A DNA stretch of 32,000 nt from NCBI RefSeq assembly GCF_000012545.1, contig NC_007681.1, positions 150,001 to 182,000 of the forward strand, written 5' to 3'. Of this stretch, positions 30,245 to 32,000 are shown piece by piece; the stretch's first letter is position 1; each line of letters opens with the position of its first letter. The notes beneath the pieces are model-generated. The model made no database searches. It worked only from the letters and a program-made list of their open reading frames with translations, and had not been told where the DNA came from. The translations under genes and the position numbers were made by a program. This stretch comes from Methanosphaera stadtmanae DSM 3091 (lineage in GTDB: Archaea; Methanobacteriota; Methanobacteria; Methanobacteriales; Methanobacteriaceae).

Positions 30245-30358
30245 TTATTCTTTATTCCAGTTTAGTGCTCCATAAATAACACAAATAAGTGTGATAATTA
30301 TACATGAAAGATAAGCCCCAAGTATTGAAGCATCTGAAAGACCTAAAATAGTAATCAT
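30245..30358 (-). CDS. 37-aa single-TM peptide translationally coupled to the symporter gene (candidate symporter small accessory protein)
   Basis: This ORF is not in the track because it is under 60 aa. Manual translation gives MITILGLSDASILGAYLSCIIITLICVIYGALNWNKE. Its ATG lies 2 nt after the symporter TAA. AGGTG lies 7 nt upstream, inside the symporter's last codons. Confidence 0.55.
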   Translation of the reverse strand: MITILGLSDASILGAYLSCIIITLICVIYGALNWNKE

Positions 30359-30360
30359 TC

Positions 30361-31947
30361 TTAAGCACCTTCCTCAGCCTTAAACATTTTCTCAATAGCA
30401 ATTTCTTCCTCTTTACTATTTTTAGTAAGAAGAGATACTCCTATTGTGAATATAAATGCTATTGGTAGGGCAATAACCATAGGATCCACGTAAGGCCATG
30501 GCATACCACTAAATAATACTGCTTTTCCTGTTAGGAATTTACAAATACCAAGACCTGCTGCAACCTTTTTATAAGTGAATAGTAGGCAGAATAAACTACT
30601 TACAGTTCCACTAACAATACCTGCAATAGCTCCAAGTTTGGTTGTACGTTTCCAGAAAAGAGCACATAAATACACTGGTAAAAATGCAACAGCACAGATT
30701 CCAAAGAAAATACTAGTACCAGTAGCAACAATATTTCCCGGTAAAATATATGCTAGTACAACAGCAATAATAATGGCAATTAATATTCCTATACGCGTAA
30801 TTCTAAGACTACTTCTATTTTTAATTGCACAATACACATCATGAGCAATGGATGAACCTTGAACATGGAATTGTGTACTTATTGTACTCATAGCTGCAGA
30901 AAGTAGGGTTAACAAGAATATGTATGTAAACCATTTAGGCATTGCACTGTTAATAAATGTTGGAATAATCTTATCTACATTTCCACCAGCAGCTTGAATT
31001 GCAATTTGTCCTGTTGTTTGATAGAAGTAAACATTTGAAAGAGCACCTACAACATATGCAGTGAATGTTGTTACAAATATGAATATTCCACCTACAAGAA
31101 CTGCCCTGTTTAATTCCTTATTACTTTTAACTGTCATGAAACGAACAGCAAGTTGAGGTTGAGCTATAGCTCCAATACCCACACCTAATATTATTGATGA
31201 AACTAAGTTCCACCAGAATGGGCTTCCTGTTGTAGGAAAAGTCGTCCAACCAGTTGCACCAGTTACTTTTGCACTTTCTGGGAAAAGTGGTGCCATACTA
31301 CTTAATAATTCATGTGCATGGGTAACTCCTCCAAGCATTGAATAAATACTTATAAGTAATATAAGCATTCCTAAAAACATTATTGTACCTTGTAAGGCAT
31401 CTGTATACATTACTCCTTTTATTCCACCAAAGATTACATAGAATCCAATGATAATTGCTAATATAAGGATAGCTAAGTTAAAATCAATATTAATAGTAGT
31501 TTCTACAAATCTAGCAGCTCCAATTAACACACTGGCTGCATAGATTGGCATTGTTAGAAATATTAGAAGACCACTAAAATATTGGATAAATTTACTGTTA
31601 AATCTCTTGGAAAGAAATTCTGGAAAAGTTAAAGCATTTAAGTACTGTCCCATTTTACGAGTAGGTTTACCAAATATTACAAATGCAATAAATATACCTA
31701 CTGCTATATTTAAAAATACTAACCATAATATACCTAGACCATTAGTTCCAGCAAGTCCACCAAAACCAACAATAGCTGCAGTACTAATGAATGTAGCACC
31801 ATAACTTAAGGCCATAATATAAGAATTAGATTGACGTCCAGCAACAAGATAATCTTCACTATTACTTGTATGTTTCCATGCGATATATCCTACCAGAATC
31901 ATTAAAGCAACATATACTATGATAAGTATTGCTAATAAATAATCCAT
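30361..31947 (-). CDS. Sodium:solute symporter (SSS/SSF) family transporter
   Basis: The 528-aa protein has about 13 hydrophobic helices. Its length and layout are typical of the PutP/PanF-type family. The substrate is not inferable. Confidence 0.85.
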   Translation of the reverse strand: MDYLLAILIIVYVALMILVGYIAWKHTSNSEDYLVAGRQSNSYIMALSYGATFISTAAIVGFGGLAGTNGLGILWLVFLNIAVGIFIAFVIFGKPTRKMGQYLNALTFPEFLSKRFNSKFIQYFSGLLIFLTMPIYAASVLIGAARFVETTINIDFNLAILILAIIIGFYVIFGGIKGVMYTDALQGTIMFLGMLILLISIYSMLGGVTHAHELLSSMAPLFPESAKVTGATGWTTFPTTGSPFWWNLVSSIILGVGIGAIAQPQLAVRFMTVKSNKELNRAVLVGGIFIFVTTFTAYVVGALSNVYFYQTTGQIAIQAAGGNVDKIIPTFINSAMPKWFTYIFLLTLLSAAMSTISTQFHVQGSSIAHDVYCAIKNRSSLRITRIGILIAIIIAVVLAYILPGNIVATGTSIFFGICAVAFLPVYLCALFWKRTTKLGAIAGIVSGTVSSLFCLLFTYKKVAAGLGICKFLTGKAVLFSGMPWPYVDPMVIALPIAFIFTIGVSLLTKNSKEEEIAIEKMFKAEEGA

Positions 31948-32000
31948 TATATCTCCTTTTATTTTAATTTTATAATAATATATTTATATTTAATTGCTAT

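Noticed and set aside
30575-31804. Plus-strand ORFs 30575-30844 and 31607-31804, antisense to the symporter.
   Set aside because: Both are contained within a 13-helix transporter gene. These are typical antisense ORFs of hydrophobic-protein genes.
1-32000. Search for tRNA/rRNA genes, CRISPR arrays, integrases/transposases and terminal inverted repeats.
   Set aside because: No GC-rich islands typical of structural RNAs in AT-rich archaea were seen. There are no short repeat-spacer arrays. No ORF carries recombinase or transposase motifs. No direct repeats flank the R-M pair.

Overview
The window is a very AT-rich archaeal chromosome segment. The gene content points to a host-associated Methanobacteriales methanogen (Methanosphaera/Methanobrevibacter-like); that assignment is inference only. 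Supporting genes are a thermosome, an archaeal-type AspRS, and two giant Asn/Thr-rich adhesin-like proteins.

Housekeeping genes: thermosome 3' end (1-216), hisD (3401-4699), aspS (4806-6125), a 2x[4Fe-4S] ferredoxin (29896-30075), and a sodium:solute symporter (30361-31947) followed by an untracked 37-aa membrane ORF (30245-30358).

Accessory content:
(a) At 302-3180, a membrane-protein gene is present as one intact copy, one frameshifted copy and one remnant. These copies bracket a 347-aa protein with a Gly/Ala-rich hydrophobic segment and a Cys-rich tail. This is my best candidate for an undescribed toxin/immunity-like or bacteriocin-like locus.
(b) At 6239-9263, five genes form a divergent block of unknowns. 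It holds two tandem 107-aa acidic paralogs, a small membrane protein, a 100-aa protein, and a bacterial-type DEDDh exonuclease fused to two helical repeats and a BRCT domain.
(c) Two divergently transcribed adhesin-like genes (2120 aa and 2774 aa) flank a complete Dam/DpnII-type (predicted GATC) restriction-modification pair (17844-19652).
(d) The adhesin genes carry internal repeats: a near-perfect 3 x 288 bp tandem array, and an old ~1.3 kb module duplication.

I saw no rRNA, tRNA, CRISPR array, integrase or transposase. All functional calls rest on motifs read by eye and remembered family features. No searches were run.
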